Assembly: GCA_965649225.1 (NCBI GenBank)
Contig: CBFGJX010000017.1
Coordinates: 1 to 61,259, forward strand
Reading direction: 5' to 3'
DNA length: 61,259 nt
Source of the DNA: a candidate division WOR-3 bacterium
Lineage (GTDB): Bacteria; Hydrothermota; Tepidihabitantia; Tepidihabitantales; Tepidihabitantaceae
Shown here: positions 48,437 through 59,346 of the stretch, in pieces
Position numbering within the stretch: the first letter of the stretch is position 1
How the letters are laid out: each line of letters opens with the position of its first letter
The notes under the pieces: generated by a model
Database searches by the model: none
Seen by the model: only the letters and a program-made list of their open reading frames with translations
Told to the model about the DNA's origin: nothing
Program-made: the position numbers and the translations under genes

Positions 48437-49165
48437 ATGAGGCCGAATGGCACCGGTCGTCAGTCGCCGGCATGGTCGGAGTTTCTTTTGCGGCTCGGGT
48501 GCCGGCTGGCCGGCGTGCGGCGGCAGGCTGGGCTGACGCAGCGGCAGCTGGCAAAGCTGTTGACTGCGGTCAGGGCGAGTCAGCAGGCGGTCAGCCGGCT
48601 GGAGCGGGGCCGGGGTGGTGTACCGGGAATTGCACTGGTGCTGGACTGGCTGCATGTCTGCGGCGCCGGGGCGGATGTGCTGGAAGAGCTCGGCCAGTTG
48701 TGGTCTGCGGCGGCCGGTCCGCGGTCGGGGCGACTGCAACTGGCGGTGCAGGAGGCAGACAGCCGGCTCGAACCGGCGGGTGTGGCGGCAGCAGTCCGTT
48801 ATGCCGCCGGAGTCGCGGCGGCGCGCGGGAAAAAGCTGCCATCGGGCAGAAGTCTTCGGCGGCTGGCCGGTCAGGCGGCAAGACACGGCCGGGCCGCGCG
48901 CGCGGACGCCGAACTGCGCGAGTTGATCGGCCGCGAGCTGGACCGGCTGGGCATCGGCCGGACCTCGGCGCAGTACCTGCCGCTGGTCACGTTCGGCCGG
49001 ATGACCGTCGCCGCACTGCGGCGCACGCAAAAGAGCCGGTACTGGCGGGCGCGGGCAATGGAGCGGCTGGAGCGGTGGCAGTCAGAGAAGGGCCTGCCGC
49101 CGGACGCGGCCGCGCGGGTGCGCTCGGCGGCCGAGGCCTGGTCAGCCGGGCGGAGCGCTACCTGA
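48437..49165 (+). CDS. XRE-family HTH protein
   Basis: RRQAGLTQRQLA...SQQAVSRLERG; TATAAT 6 nt before ATG 48437. Confidence 0.7.
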   Translation: MRPNGTGRQSPAWSEFLLRLGCRLAGVRRQAGLTQRQLAKLLTAVRASQQAVSRLERGRGGVPGIALVLDWLHVCGAGADVLEELGQLWSAAAGPRSGRLQLAVQEADSRLEPAGVAAAVRYAAGVAAARGKKLPSGRSLRRLAGQAARHGRAARADAELRELIGRELDRLGIGRTSAQYLPLVTFGRMTVAALRRTQKSRYWRARAMERLERWQSEKGLPPDAAARVRSAAEAWSAGRSAT

Positions 49166-51674
49166 GCACCGCCACCCTTGCGCTGAGCGTGCCTGCCGGG
49201 GAAGTGGCCCGCACAATGTAGATTCCGCTGTTCAGCCGCGTTCCGTCCAGCAGGAACTCAACCGGCCCGGGCTTCCCGGTCGCGTGCGATTCGCTGTGAA
49301 CCAGTTGGCCTGCGGCGTTGTAGAGAGCGAGCCGGACCGGCCCGGGGACCGGCGATGTGAAGCGCACCCGGGCGGTGCGGGCAAACGGGTTGGGCATGAC
49401 AACGAGGCCCGGGCGGTCTGCAGCAGGCAGCGGTGGGGCCGGTTCTTCGGCGCCGGGCGTGGCCTCGCCGAAGAAGCGATAGATGCGGCTGATTAGGGTC
49501 CAGCGCTGGAGGTAGCGCGCGGGTGAGAGATTGATTGCCTCAAAGGGCGCGGCGAAGAACACGAGCCGGTAGTCGCCGCGGTAGTGGATGAGTCCCTGCA
49601 CCGTGGTGTCGGGATAGTCGCGGTATAAGGCCCCGCCGACCGCGCCGTTGATCGGCCGGATGCCGTTGGCGTCGGCGCCGTTGGCCGCGCCGCCGGCCCC
49701 GGCAATCACCATCGTGTCGCCCTCGGCAATCGGGTCACCGGGCCGGCCCACCAGTATCAGCCGGCCCATCGTGTCGACCGCGGGCGCGGCCCGAAGCCAG
49801 TCGGCAAGGAAGCTCGATCCGCGCAGGTTCTGCGCGACCTTCTTGCCCGAAAGCAGCAGGCTGCCCCCGGCTGAGAGGTAGCCTTCCAGCGCGGCCTGTT
49901 CAGCGACAGTAAGCGAGGTGACCGAGTCGTTGCCGGTGTTCCAGATGACCACCGCATAGCGGCGCAGGGTGTCAGAGGTGGGCGGGCCTGAGACTTCGGT
50001 CTGGTAGAGGTCGTAGACGATGCGGTTGGAGTCGCAGGCCGAGGTGAAGTAGCGTTCATAGCCAAGGCCGAGGTCGTCGTCGACGATGAGGGTGCGGGGA
50101 ATGCCTGAGCGCGCGGCAAAGCCGGTGTCGGGGCGGCGCACGTCGGGCCGGGCGGTAACAGTCAGGTGGAAGCGGATGTCCTGAGGCGGTGTGCCCGCTG
50201 CGACCGAGACGACAAACGAGTCGGCCGAGCAGTCGCCGGATGACCCAGCCGGGATGGGGGGGAAGGTGGCGGTGTCCTTGATGATGGTGACGCCGGTGCT
50301 GGTCGTGCTGAGTGTGGCGCGGATGCGGTCGGCATCCCAGAACCCGGGTGAGTTGGCGTAGGTGACGATGAGGCCGGCGGTCTCGCCCGGGTCGGGCCGG
50401 CCGTTGCCGTTGCCCGCCGCATCGTTGAAGCGCCAGTCACTGAGCCGCAGGTCGCAGTAGTGCACCAGCCCGAGCGAGTCGGTCTTGATGAGGTAGCCGC
50501 GGCGTCTGCCATCGGCCCCGCCGGCGATGACAAACCCGTTGTCCGGGGTGTTCTCGACCCACATCCCGAGGTCCATCCCCATCTGTCCTGTGGTGTCGCG
50601 GCCGTAGAAGAAACGGCGCCAGAGTGGCTCGCCGAGCGAGTCCAGGCGCAGGAACACGACCGAGCCGATGCGCTCCGGCCCGGTGAAGTCAAACCACTCA
50701 CCGGTCACGGCGAACCCGCCGTCGGGGGTCTGAACCATCTGGCGAAGGTAGTAGTGCGTGTCCAGCGGGTGGCCGGGGCTGAGGTGGCGCTCCCAAAGCA
50801 GGTTACCGGCAGAGTCCACGCGCACGATGTAGCCGGAAATGGCAACCAGCCCGGAGCGGTCGAGCGAGGCTCCGCACATTGCGAAGCCGCCGTCACGAGT
50901 CAGGCAGCCGCCGTTCGCTATGGAATTGCCGTAGCCGTAGAAAGCCCGGGTCCAGAGCGTGTCGCCGCGCTCGCCGGTGCGGATTATGTAAAGGCCCGCG
51001 CTGTCGCTGCTGCCCGGTACATAGACCTGGCCGCCGACAAAGTAGCCGCGGTCCGGGGTCTGATGGATCGAGACCCCCGACCCTGTCGGCGGCGGTTCGT
51101 AGAGCCGGAACCACTCTATCTCGCCGTCGCGGCTGAGCTTGATGACGCCCAGCCCGCCGCCCTCGTCGGTGGTGATGTAGCCGGTGTACGCGCAGCCGGA
51201 GTCGGCAGTCGGGCAGAGGTCGCTGTAGGTGCCCTCAAAACCCGGGCCTTCATAGAAGGTCAGCCAGATGAGGTTGCAGGCGGTATCGGTCTTGATGAAG
51301 TACAGGTCACCGGTGTAGCCGCCGCAGAGGCCGGCCAGAAAGTAGTCGCCGTCGCGGCCGATGCAGATGGCTGTGGTCCCGGCGCCCAGGCTCGGCCGCG
51401 GGTCGTGGCCGCGAAACCAGAGCAGATTGCCGAGCGAGTCGTACTTGCCGAAGCCGGAATACACATGGGGCGAGGCCGTGTAGGTTGCGTCGGTCAGGTA
51501 GCCGCCTTCGGGCCGGACCTCGACCTTCCAGAAGTAGTCGGCATAACCGTCGGGATGGAGGTAGTAGCGCTCAAAGGTAGTCGTAGCGCCGGTCAGGACA
51601 GAGGCGCCGAGCAGACCGGCGAGCGCAATGCCAGCGAGCCGGTGCCGCAGGAGAGATGGAGTCAGGGGTGCCAT
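49158..51674 (-). CDS. Secreted multidomain protein (beta-propeller, Ig-like, glutamine-amidotransferase-like, CTD tail)
   Basis: Repeats IKTDS.G..LW / QTPDGGF..G; GNGNGRPDPGE; LIVDDD; VIWNTG; PNPF...LNSGIYIVR; AGGAGG RBS. Confidence 0.82.
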   Translation of the reverse strand: MAPLTPSLLRHRLAGIALAGLLGASVLTGATTTFERYYLHPDGYADYFWKVEVRPEGGYLTDATYTASPHVYSGFGKYDSLGNLLWFRGHDPRPSLGAGTTAICIGRDGDYFLAGLCGGYTGDLYFIKTDTACNLIWLTFYEGPGFEGTYSDLCPTADSGCAYTGYITTDEGGGLGVIKLSRDGEIEWFRLYEPPPTGSGVSIHQTPDRGYFVGGQVYVPGSSDSAGLYIIRTGERGDTLWTRAFYGYGNSIANGGCLTRDGGFAMCGASLDRSGLVAISGYIVRVDSAGNLLWERHLSPGHPLDTHYYLRQMVQTPDGGFAVTGEWFDFTGPERIGSVVFLRLDSLGEPLWRRFFYGRDTTGQMGMDLGMWVENTPDNGFVIAGGADGRRRGYLIKTDSLGLVHYCDLRLSDWRFNDAAGNGNGRPDPGETAGLIVTYANSPGFWDADRIRATLSTTSTGVTIIKDTATFPPIPAGSSGDCSADSFVVSVAAGTPPQDIRFHLTVTARPDVRRPDTGFAARSGIPRTLIVDDDLGLGYERYFTSACDSNRIVYDLYQTEVSGPPTSDTLRRYAVVIWNTGNDSVTSLTVAEQAALEGYLSAGGSLLLSGKKVAQNLRGSSFLADWLRAAPAVDTMGRLILVGRPGDPIAEGDTMVIAGAGGAANGADANGIRPINGAVGGALYRDYPDTTVQGLIHYRGDYRLVFFAAPFEAINLSPARYLQRWTLISRIYRFFGEATPGAEEPAPPLPAADRPGLVVMPNPFARTARVRFTSPVPGPVRLALYNAAGQLVHSESHATGKPGPVEFLLDGTRLNSGIYIVRATSPAGTLSARVAVLR

Positions 51675-51692
51675 CGCTTCCTCCTACTTTGA

Positions 51693-53076
51693 CTAGCGAA
51701 CCACGAGCAGTTTGCCGGTCAGGCTGCCCGATGGTGTATCAATCGTGTACAGGTAGACGCCAGACCGCGCCGTGCCGTGACGCCAGACCAGCTCGGCGAT
51801 GTCCCGGCCGGCTGTTACCGCCTGCCGAGTCACAACGGCTCCGGCCGCGTCGATGATGCGCAGTCCGACCGACCCCGGGTTGCACCGAACCGAGAAGCGA
51901 TGTTCGCTGCGACAGACGCGGACAGAGGTCGTGGGCTCAATCGCAGTAGCCGCGGGCGCTGCCTGAGCCCCTTCCGGGTCAATTACTCCGACGTGGGTGT
52001 AGCGCCAGAATGTGTTAGGCGGGTATTGAGGGTCGTCACTGTCGTTGAAGACCGCGAAGTACCTGCCGCCGGTCTGGCAGAGCGCCGAGCCGGGTTCCTG
52101 GTCCATCGGGGTCGGCGGTATGTTGCGCCACTCGATTGTGTCGCACGGATAGACATACCGGAAGAAGTCTCTGACCCTGTTCCCGCCGGGCCAGAGCATC
52201 ACTTCGTTGCCGTTCGGGCCGGCAGCAATCGCCGCGCCGCCCCTGGTCTGGCGGCTGTTCGGCAGACGCGGTCCGGCAGACCACTCGTCTCTTGCCGGGT
52301 CGTAGAAATACAGGCCCCTGGTGTAGTCACCGCGCAGTGCCACTACGAGTCCCATCGGGTGGTCCGGGTTTTCGGGCAACGGACACCAAGCCAGGCATCC
52401 GCCGGCTCTCACCGGAAGCCCGCCCATCACCGGCGCGAGTTCGGTCCAGCCGGTTGACCGGGACCGGCCCCGGGTGGGCGATACCGGGTGAGCATAGCGG
52501 AAGAACCGGCCGCTGCCGCCGCCGATGAAGGCGTACAGGACCGCGTGGGCAATGCCGTCGAACTCCCAGATGCCGCCGTGACAGAGCGCGCCACCGTCGT
52601 CAACGACCGTGCCGTCGTCGAAGCCCGGCTCGGCCACCCACTCATCCTGAGCCGGGTTGTAGGACCAGAAGAAGGGAGTGCGGTTGCCGGTGAAGGCGAA
52701 GATGCGGCCGGTTGCCGGGTAGGCGTAGGGGTCGGGGACGAAAGCAAGCGCGCCGCCCCAGTCGATGGTGTACTCGTGACCGTACCAGGGCAGACTGGCG
52801 CGAGGCGCCCACAGGCCGAACGGGGCGGGGTCCTTGTGCCACCGTTCAAACTGGTTTGGGCCGCCGATTTCGCACCGGCCGTGCAGTAACCAGACGAGGT
52901 TGGTCGGCTCAGGGTGTTCGATGCCGGCTTCGTAGTCACATCTGCCTCCGGCAAGGGCCGAGCCGGGGCCGGCCGGATAGGGCTCGAACTCGCTCAGCCT
53001 CTCCCAGTAGCGCCCGTACAGGGGGGGGGGCGATAAGTGCCGCAACAGCGGCAGTTAGAGCGATAAGTTTCAGCAT
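51693..53076 (-). pseudogene. Kelch-like propeller surface protein with CTD tail, frameshifted at a C10 tract (phase-variable OFF state or sequencing error)
   Basis: AAAGGAGG RBS and MLKLIALTAAVAALIA signal peptide at 53076 are out of frame with the body; C9 restores the frame. Confidence 0.7.
53021..53030 (+). repeat. G10 homopolymer
   Basis: Ten consecutive G. Confidence 0.95.
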
Positions 53077-53199
53077 ACAGCCTCCTTTTCGACCTGCGGG
53101 CCGTGCAGGCCGGTTCTGTCGCGCTGACACCCCTGACTTTCGCTTGAGTCAGGGTAGTCCGGGCCGGACCGTTGTCAAGTCGTGCGTGGGCGGGCGGGG

Positions 53200-53679
53200 C
53201 TAGAGGTTGAATTCGCCGCAGAGCTGGCAGCGGCTGTCGCCGGTAGTGACCGCGACCGGTTCGTGGCAGTGCTGGCAGCGCCAGCGTTTGTCCTGTTCCT
53301 TGACCCAGGCGTCGGGTCCGAGCCGGCTCATTTCCTGCAAGTTGGCCTTGAGGTCAATGCCCCTGGTGAAGAGTTCCTCGGCAAGGGCCTGCCAGCGTTC
53401 GCAGCTGGAAATTGTCGGACACTCACCGCAGGTCGCCAGCTGGCGGGATTTCAGACAGCGCAGAATGGCGCAGTTCTTGCCCCAGTCTTCGGATTTTGCC
53501 CAGCCGACAACCGCCACGCCGCGGCAGCCTTTGCAGCGCACGTCGCCGGGCAGACAGTTGTGCTTGCGGGCGACTTCGATGCGGAACTTGCCGCCATCGG
53601 TGTAGGCGCGGTGAATCTCGCAGACGCCGCAATACATGCCGCAACGACCGGCAAGGTCACGGCTGACATGGCGCTCCAT
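53200..53679 (-). CDS. Cys-rich protein, DUF3795-like, with C-terminal zinc ribbon
   Basis: CGMYCGVC, CKGCR, CAILRC, CGEC...C, CQHC...CQLCG; TTGTCC-N17-TATAAT promoter upstream. Confidence 0.8.
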   Translation of the reverse strand: MERHVSRDLAGRCGMYCGVCEIHRAYTDGGKFRIEVARKHNCLPGDVRCKGCRGVAVVGWAKSEDWGKNCAILRCLKSRQLATCGECPTISSCERWQALAEELFTRGIDLKANLQEMSRLGPDAWVKEQDKRWRCQHCHEPVAVTTGDSRCQLCGEFNL

Positions 53680-53736
53680 GAGTTCAGGAAAATTATACCG
53701 GAAAACCGGCAGTTGGACAAAGGTTACCGAAGACGA

Positions 53737-54570
53737 CTAGCCGGCGATCCAGACAATCCGGTCCCAGACAGTCTGACTGAGGGTGTCCCGTGCCGCATCG
53801 GCGATGGCGAGCCGTTCGTGCAGCAGCAGGTCGTCGGACACGGCGTTGCGGTGGTTGGCCGGGTCAACCAGCCGGGTGTTGGCAAACCGGTCGCGCAGGT
53901 ATTCGAGCACGGCGATGAAGTTCTCGGCCAGTGGTGCGCCGGTTCGGCCGGCAAGCGCGGCCAGCACTGACAGTTCCAGATAGAAAGACGGGAAACGCAG
54001 CCGGTGGTTCTGGGCCCAGATTTTGGTGAGCCGAATTTCGTCGAGGTGACGGGAGTGACGAATCCGGTCAACGTGCAGCTCGAGATTGGTGATGATTGAT
54101 TTGCCCCGCTCGGTTTCGTAAATCTCGTGGTTGGGCTCGGCGCCCCACTGGCGGCGGCCGACAATCACATCGAACCGGACACCGTGGACGGTGACGACAA
54201 CCGAAACCACGCCTTCCGATGGATTGAGGCCGGCTTTTTTCAGTGCGGCAAAAAGCCGGTGGTGCAAATCCTGGATTGTGCAGGGAGTTTTGGGGCCGAG
54301 CGAGACGAGCAGGTCGGCATCGGACATGCCCCGCACCCGGGTACCCTTGCAGTAAGAGCCGGTGAAGGAGATGTCGAGCAAAAAGCGGCCGGCCCACGAC
54401 CGCAGGGTCGGTTCGAGTGCCTTGCGGGCATCGGGCACCGGTGAGTGGGGCACGACCGGCAGATTGTAGTGGTCGAGTACCGAGGCAAGATAGGCATCCG
54501 GGGTGAGTGTTCGGCCGTGACGGCCGAAAATCGGCCGCAACAGAACATTGGTGCTTTCGGCGTCGGCCAT
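53737..54570 (-). CDS. cGAS/DncV-like (SMODS/CD-NTase) nucleotidyltransferase
   Basis: GSYCKGT...SDAD, third Asp in RFDV, EIRLTKIW, FPSFYLEL, DPAN..NAVSDD; GGAGG RBS. Confidence 0.8.
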   Translation of the reverse strand: MADAESTNVLLRPIFGRHGRTLTPDAYLASVLDHYNLPVVPHSPVPDARKALEPTLRSWAGRFLLDISFTGSYCKGTRVRGMSDADLLVSLGPKTPCTIQDLHHRLFAALKKAGLNPSEGVVSVVVTVHGVRFDVIVGRRQWGAEPNHEIYETERGKSIITNLELHVDRIRHSRHLDEIRLTKIWAQNHRLRFPSFYLELSVLAALAGRTGAPLAENFIAVLEYLRDRFANTRLVDPANHRNAVSDDLLLHERLAIADAARDTLSQTVWDRIVWIAG

Positions 54571-54590
54571 GACGGATGTCCTCCCGCAGT

Positions 54591-54620
54591 ATCATAGACC
54601 GAACGGAAGCGCAATGTCAA
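54591..54620 (-). promoter_or_regulatory. Sigma-70 promoter of the nucleotidyltransferase
   Basis: TTGACA-N18-TATGAT. Confidence 0.55.
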
Positions 54621-54656
54621 GCGTGACTTTGGGGTAATCGGACAGTGCCGGGGCGG

Positions 54657-55022
54657 TCAGCGGATCGGGCCGGGCAGGCGGGGGAGGGTGCAGCGGCCGG
54701 TCAAGAGCAGCCAGGTCACGAGACCGGAGCCGGCGATGAACAGGATACCGCCGATAATGCCGCCCCAGAGGGCCTGGATGCGCCGGGCCTGCAGGGCGGC
54801 CAGCCGGCGCTCTTCGTCCAGCCGGGCGGCGTTCTCGCGCTGGAGCCGGAGCTGTTCGCGTTCGGGTGCGCCGCAGACCGCACACTTGCGCAGGGAGCGG
54901 TCGAAGCATTCGGCACAGACCTGCCGGCCACAGACCGGGCAGCGGTACATTGACTCTTTCCAGACCAGTACCCCACGGGCACAGATGTCGCAGAAGACCT
55001 GAATCGGCCGCGGTTCCGACAT
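54657..55022 (-). CDS. Small protein: Cys-rich zinc finger, short coiled coil, C-terminal TM
   Basis: Four CxxC pairs (CDIC, CPVC, CAEC, CAVC); EREQLRLQRENAARLDEERR; hydrophobic helix. Confidence 0.7.
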   Translation of the reverse strand: MSEPRPIQVFCDICARGVLVWKESMYRCPVCGRQVCAECFDRSLRKCAVCGAPEREQLRLQRENAARLDEERRLAALQARRIQALWGGIIGGILFIAGSGLVTWLLLTGRCTLPRLPGPIR

Positions 55023-55261
55023 CAGCCGTCGCTTTCTGCTGATGGAGTTGATGTCGCCACCGGCCGGAAAATCTCGGGCATGCCGGCAACATCGGTCGCT
55101 ACCAGCGAGAGATCGTCAGAGAGGATAAACAAGGCCCCGGCGTTGTCGCGCAGGCAGTTTTCCGGTTCGATGCGCAGCGTGTTGTCGGGAGTGCAGCAAA
55201 GCACCCAGGAAGGCCCGGCACTTGGCACGGGCCCGGCGGGACGGTCAGAAGCGTCAGTCAC
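55022..55261 (-). CDS. Small hypothetical protein
   Basis: Fills the gap; TGA overlaps the downstream ATG (TGATG). Confidence 0.4.
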   Translation of the reverse strand: MTDASDRPAGPVPSAGPSWVLCCTPDNTLRIEPENCLRDNAGALFILSDDLSLVATDVAGMPEIFRPVATSTPSAESDG

Positions 55262-55334
55262 ACCAAGACCTGGACCGGTTCAGGATGCATCGTAAGCAAC
55301 GGTCAAGACAAGTCAAGCCGGGAGGCGGTACCGG

Positions 55335-56410
55335 CTAGAGCAGTGCCAGTTCGCTGTCGGCGTCGAAGAAGTGCAGCCGGTCGGGGCGGAAGGTGATATT
55401 GACGGTCTCGCCGGGTCGGGCGGCCCGGTCGGGCAGAGTCCGGGCGATGAGGTTTTCGCCGCCGAGCCGGAGATAGACGATGGTTTCGTTGCCCATATGC
55501 TCGGCGACCTCGACACCGGCCGGCCAGCCGCCGGAGCCGACAAGCTCAATGTCTTCGGGTCGGATACCGAGCGTGACCGTTCGGCCCGTGTGGGGTGCCA
55601 GTGCCGCGGCCGGTCCGGGCGGCAACTCGAAGCTGAGGGCGGGGGCAACAAACCGCAGCCGGCCGCTGTTTTCCAGCCGACCGGCGATGAAATTCATCGG
55701 CGGCGAGCCGATGAAGCCGGCGACGAAGCGGTTGACCGGATGGTTATAGAGGGTGAGCGCATCGGCAACCTGCAACAGCCGGCCGTCTTTCATTACGCCG
55801 ATTCGCTGGCCGAGAGTCATTGCCTCGACCTGGTCGTGGGTGACGTAGAATGCGGTGGTTTCCAGCCGGCGATGGATGCGGGCAAGTTCCGCCCGCATGC
55901 CGACCCGCAGTTTGGCGTCAAGATTGGAGAGTGGTTCGTCAAAAAGAAAGACTTTCGGGTGGCGGACGATTGCCCGGCCGAGCGCGACGCGCTGACGCTG
56001 GCCGCCGGAGAGTTCGGCCGGCTTGCGGTCGAGCAGGCCGCCGATGTCCAGAATCCGGGCGGCTTCTTCGACCCGGCGCCGGATTTCGCTGCGCGGGGTG
56101 TGGCGCAGTTTGAGGGCAAAGGCGAGGTTGTCGAACACGGTCATGTGCGGATAGAGCGCGTAGTTCTGGAACACCATCGCGATGTCACGGTCGCGGGGTT
56201 CGACATCGGTGACATTGCGGTCGCCAATCCAGATTTCGCCCGAAGTGGGTTCCTCCAGACCGGCAACCAGCCGCAGGGTGGTGGATTTGCCGCAGCCGGA
56301 CGGGCCAACGAGAACAAAGAATTCCCGGTCGGCGACTTCAAAGGAAACATGGTCAACCGCAACAGTGCCGCGGGAGAAGGTTTTGGTCAGGTCTTTGAGC
56401 AGGACGCGAC

Positions 56411-56414
<4 letters not shown>
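55335..56414 (-). CDS. Sugar ABC transporter ATP-binding protein (MalK/MsmX/UgpC family)
   Basis: [58 protein letters not shown] domain. Confidence 0.93.
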
Positions 56415-57232
<818 letters not shown>

Positions 57233-57336
57233 CGGCGAAGTATAAATGCTGCCGGCGGCCAGTCAAGCGGACTGGCCCGGGTCGGTTTCGGTCGGGCTGC
57301 CGTTGACACCCCTGAGCGCAGGGCTATAGTCAGCCG

Positions 57337-57900
57337 ATGCGCGTCCGTTCGGGCCGGCTGAAGGGTCGGACAATAGCCTATCCGCGCCGGGGACTGCGGC
57401 CGACCAAGGACATTACCCGGCAGGGAATCTTCAATATACTCGGCGAGCGGGTGCGGGGCGCCCGGGTGCTGGACCTTTTTGCCGGCGGCGGTGCGCTCGG
57501 ACTGGAGGCGCTCTCGCGGGGCGCGGTGCGGGCAGTGTTTGTTGAGTCCGATTCAGCGGTACTGCGGTTTCTGGTGCGGAACACTGCCGGACTGGCCGAG
57601 GCAGTAGTGGTGCGCGGGGTTCTGCCCGGTGCGCTGCGCCGGCTGGCGGGCAGTGAGTTTGATATTATCCTTGCCGACCCGCCGTACGGGGCAGGGTTGA
57701 TTGCGCCGACGGTCGGTGCGATTGCCCGGTTCGGACTGGCGGCGCCGGGTGCACTGGTGGTGATTGAGCATTCGGCCGACGAGCCGCCGGCGGTGCCACC
57801 CGGGTTTGGCCCGGTCCGGCTGGCCCGTTACGGCGACAGTCTGGTGACAGTGCTGGAAAGGTGTCAGGAGAATGAAGAAGACAGCGGTCTATCCGGGTAG
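57337..57900 (+). CDS. rsmD: 16S rRNA m2G966 methyltransferase
   Basis: LRPT, LDLFAGGGALGLEALSRGA, DPPY, YGD. Confidence 0.9.
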   Translation: MRVRSGRLKGRTIAYPRRGLRPTKDITRQGIFNILGERVRGARVLDLFAGGGALGLEALSRGAVRAVFVESDSAVLRFLVRNTAGLAEAVVVRGVLPGALRRLAGSEFDIILADPPYGAGLIAPTVGAIARFGLAAPGALVVIEHSADEPPAVPPGFGPVRLARYGDSLVTVLERCQENEEDSGLSG

Positions 57901-58366
57901 TTTCGACCCGATAACCCTCGGCCATCTCGATGTGGTGCGCCGCGCGGCGCAGATTTTCGACCGGGTAATCGTTGCCGTGGCCCGGCGGGAGGAGAAACAT
58001 CCGCTCTTTTCTCTTGCCCAGCGGGTGCGGCTGGCCCGGCAGTCAATTGCCGGCCTGGCCGGAGTCGAAGTCGTGGCGTTCGATACCCTGCTGGTAGAGC
58101 TGGTCCGTTCGACCGGGGCGACCGCCGTAGTGCGGGGGATGCGGGCGGTGATGGACTTTGACTACGAGTTTCAGATGGCGTTGACCAACCGCAAGCTGGC
58201 GCCGGAGTTCGAGACGGTTTTCTTTCTGCCCTCGGAGAAGTACTTCTATCTGAGTTCGTCGCTGGTGCGCGAACTGGCCAGCCGGGGCGGCGAGGTAGGG
58301 TGTTTTGTGCCCGAACCGGTTGCCCGGGCGCTTGCCCGCCGGTTTCGCGGCCAGAAGAAAAAATAG
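57872..58366 (+). CDS. coaD: Phosphopantetheine adenylyltransferase
   Basis: YPGSFDPITLGHLD, DFDYEFQMA, SSSLVRE. Confidence 0.96.
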   Translation: MKKTAVYPGSFDPITLGHLDVVRRAAQIFDRVIVAVARREEKHPLFSLAQRVRLARQSIAGLAGVEVVAFDTLLVELVRSTGATAVVRGMRAVMDFDYEFQMALTNRKLAPEFETVFFLPSEKYFYLSSSLVRELASRGGEVGCFVPEPVARALARRFRGQKKK

Positions 58367-59341
<975 letters not shown>

Positions 59342-59346
59342 GGCTT

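Noticed and set aside
53737..54570. Class I CCA-adding enzyme as an alternative call
   Set aside because: Too short and lacks body and tail domains; FPSFYLEL and DPAN motifs fit CD-NTase/OAS-like enzymes better.
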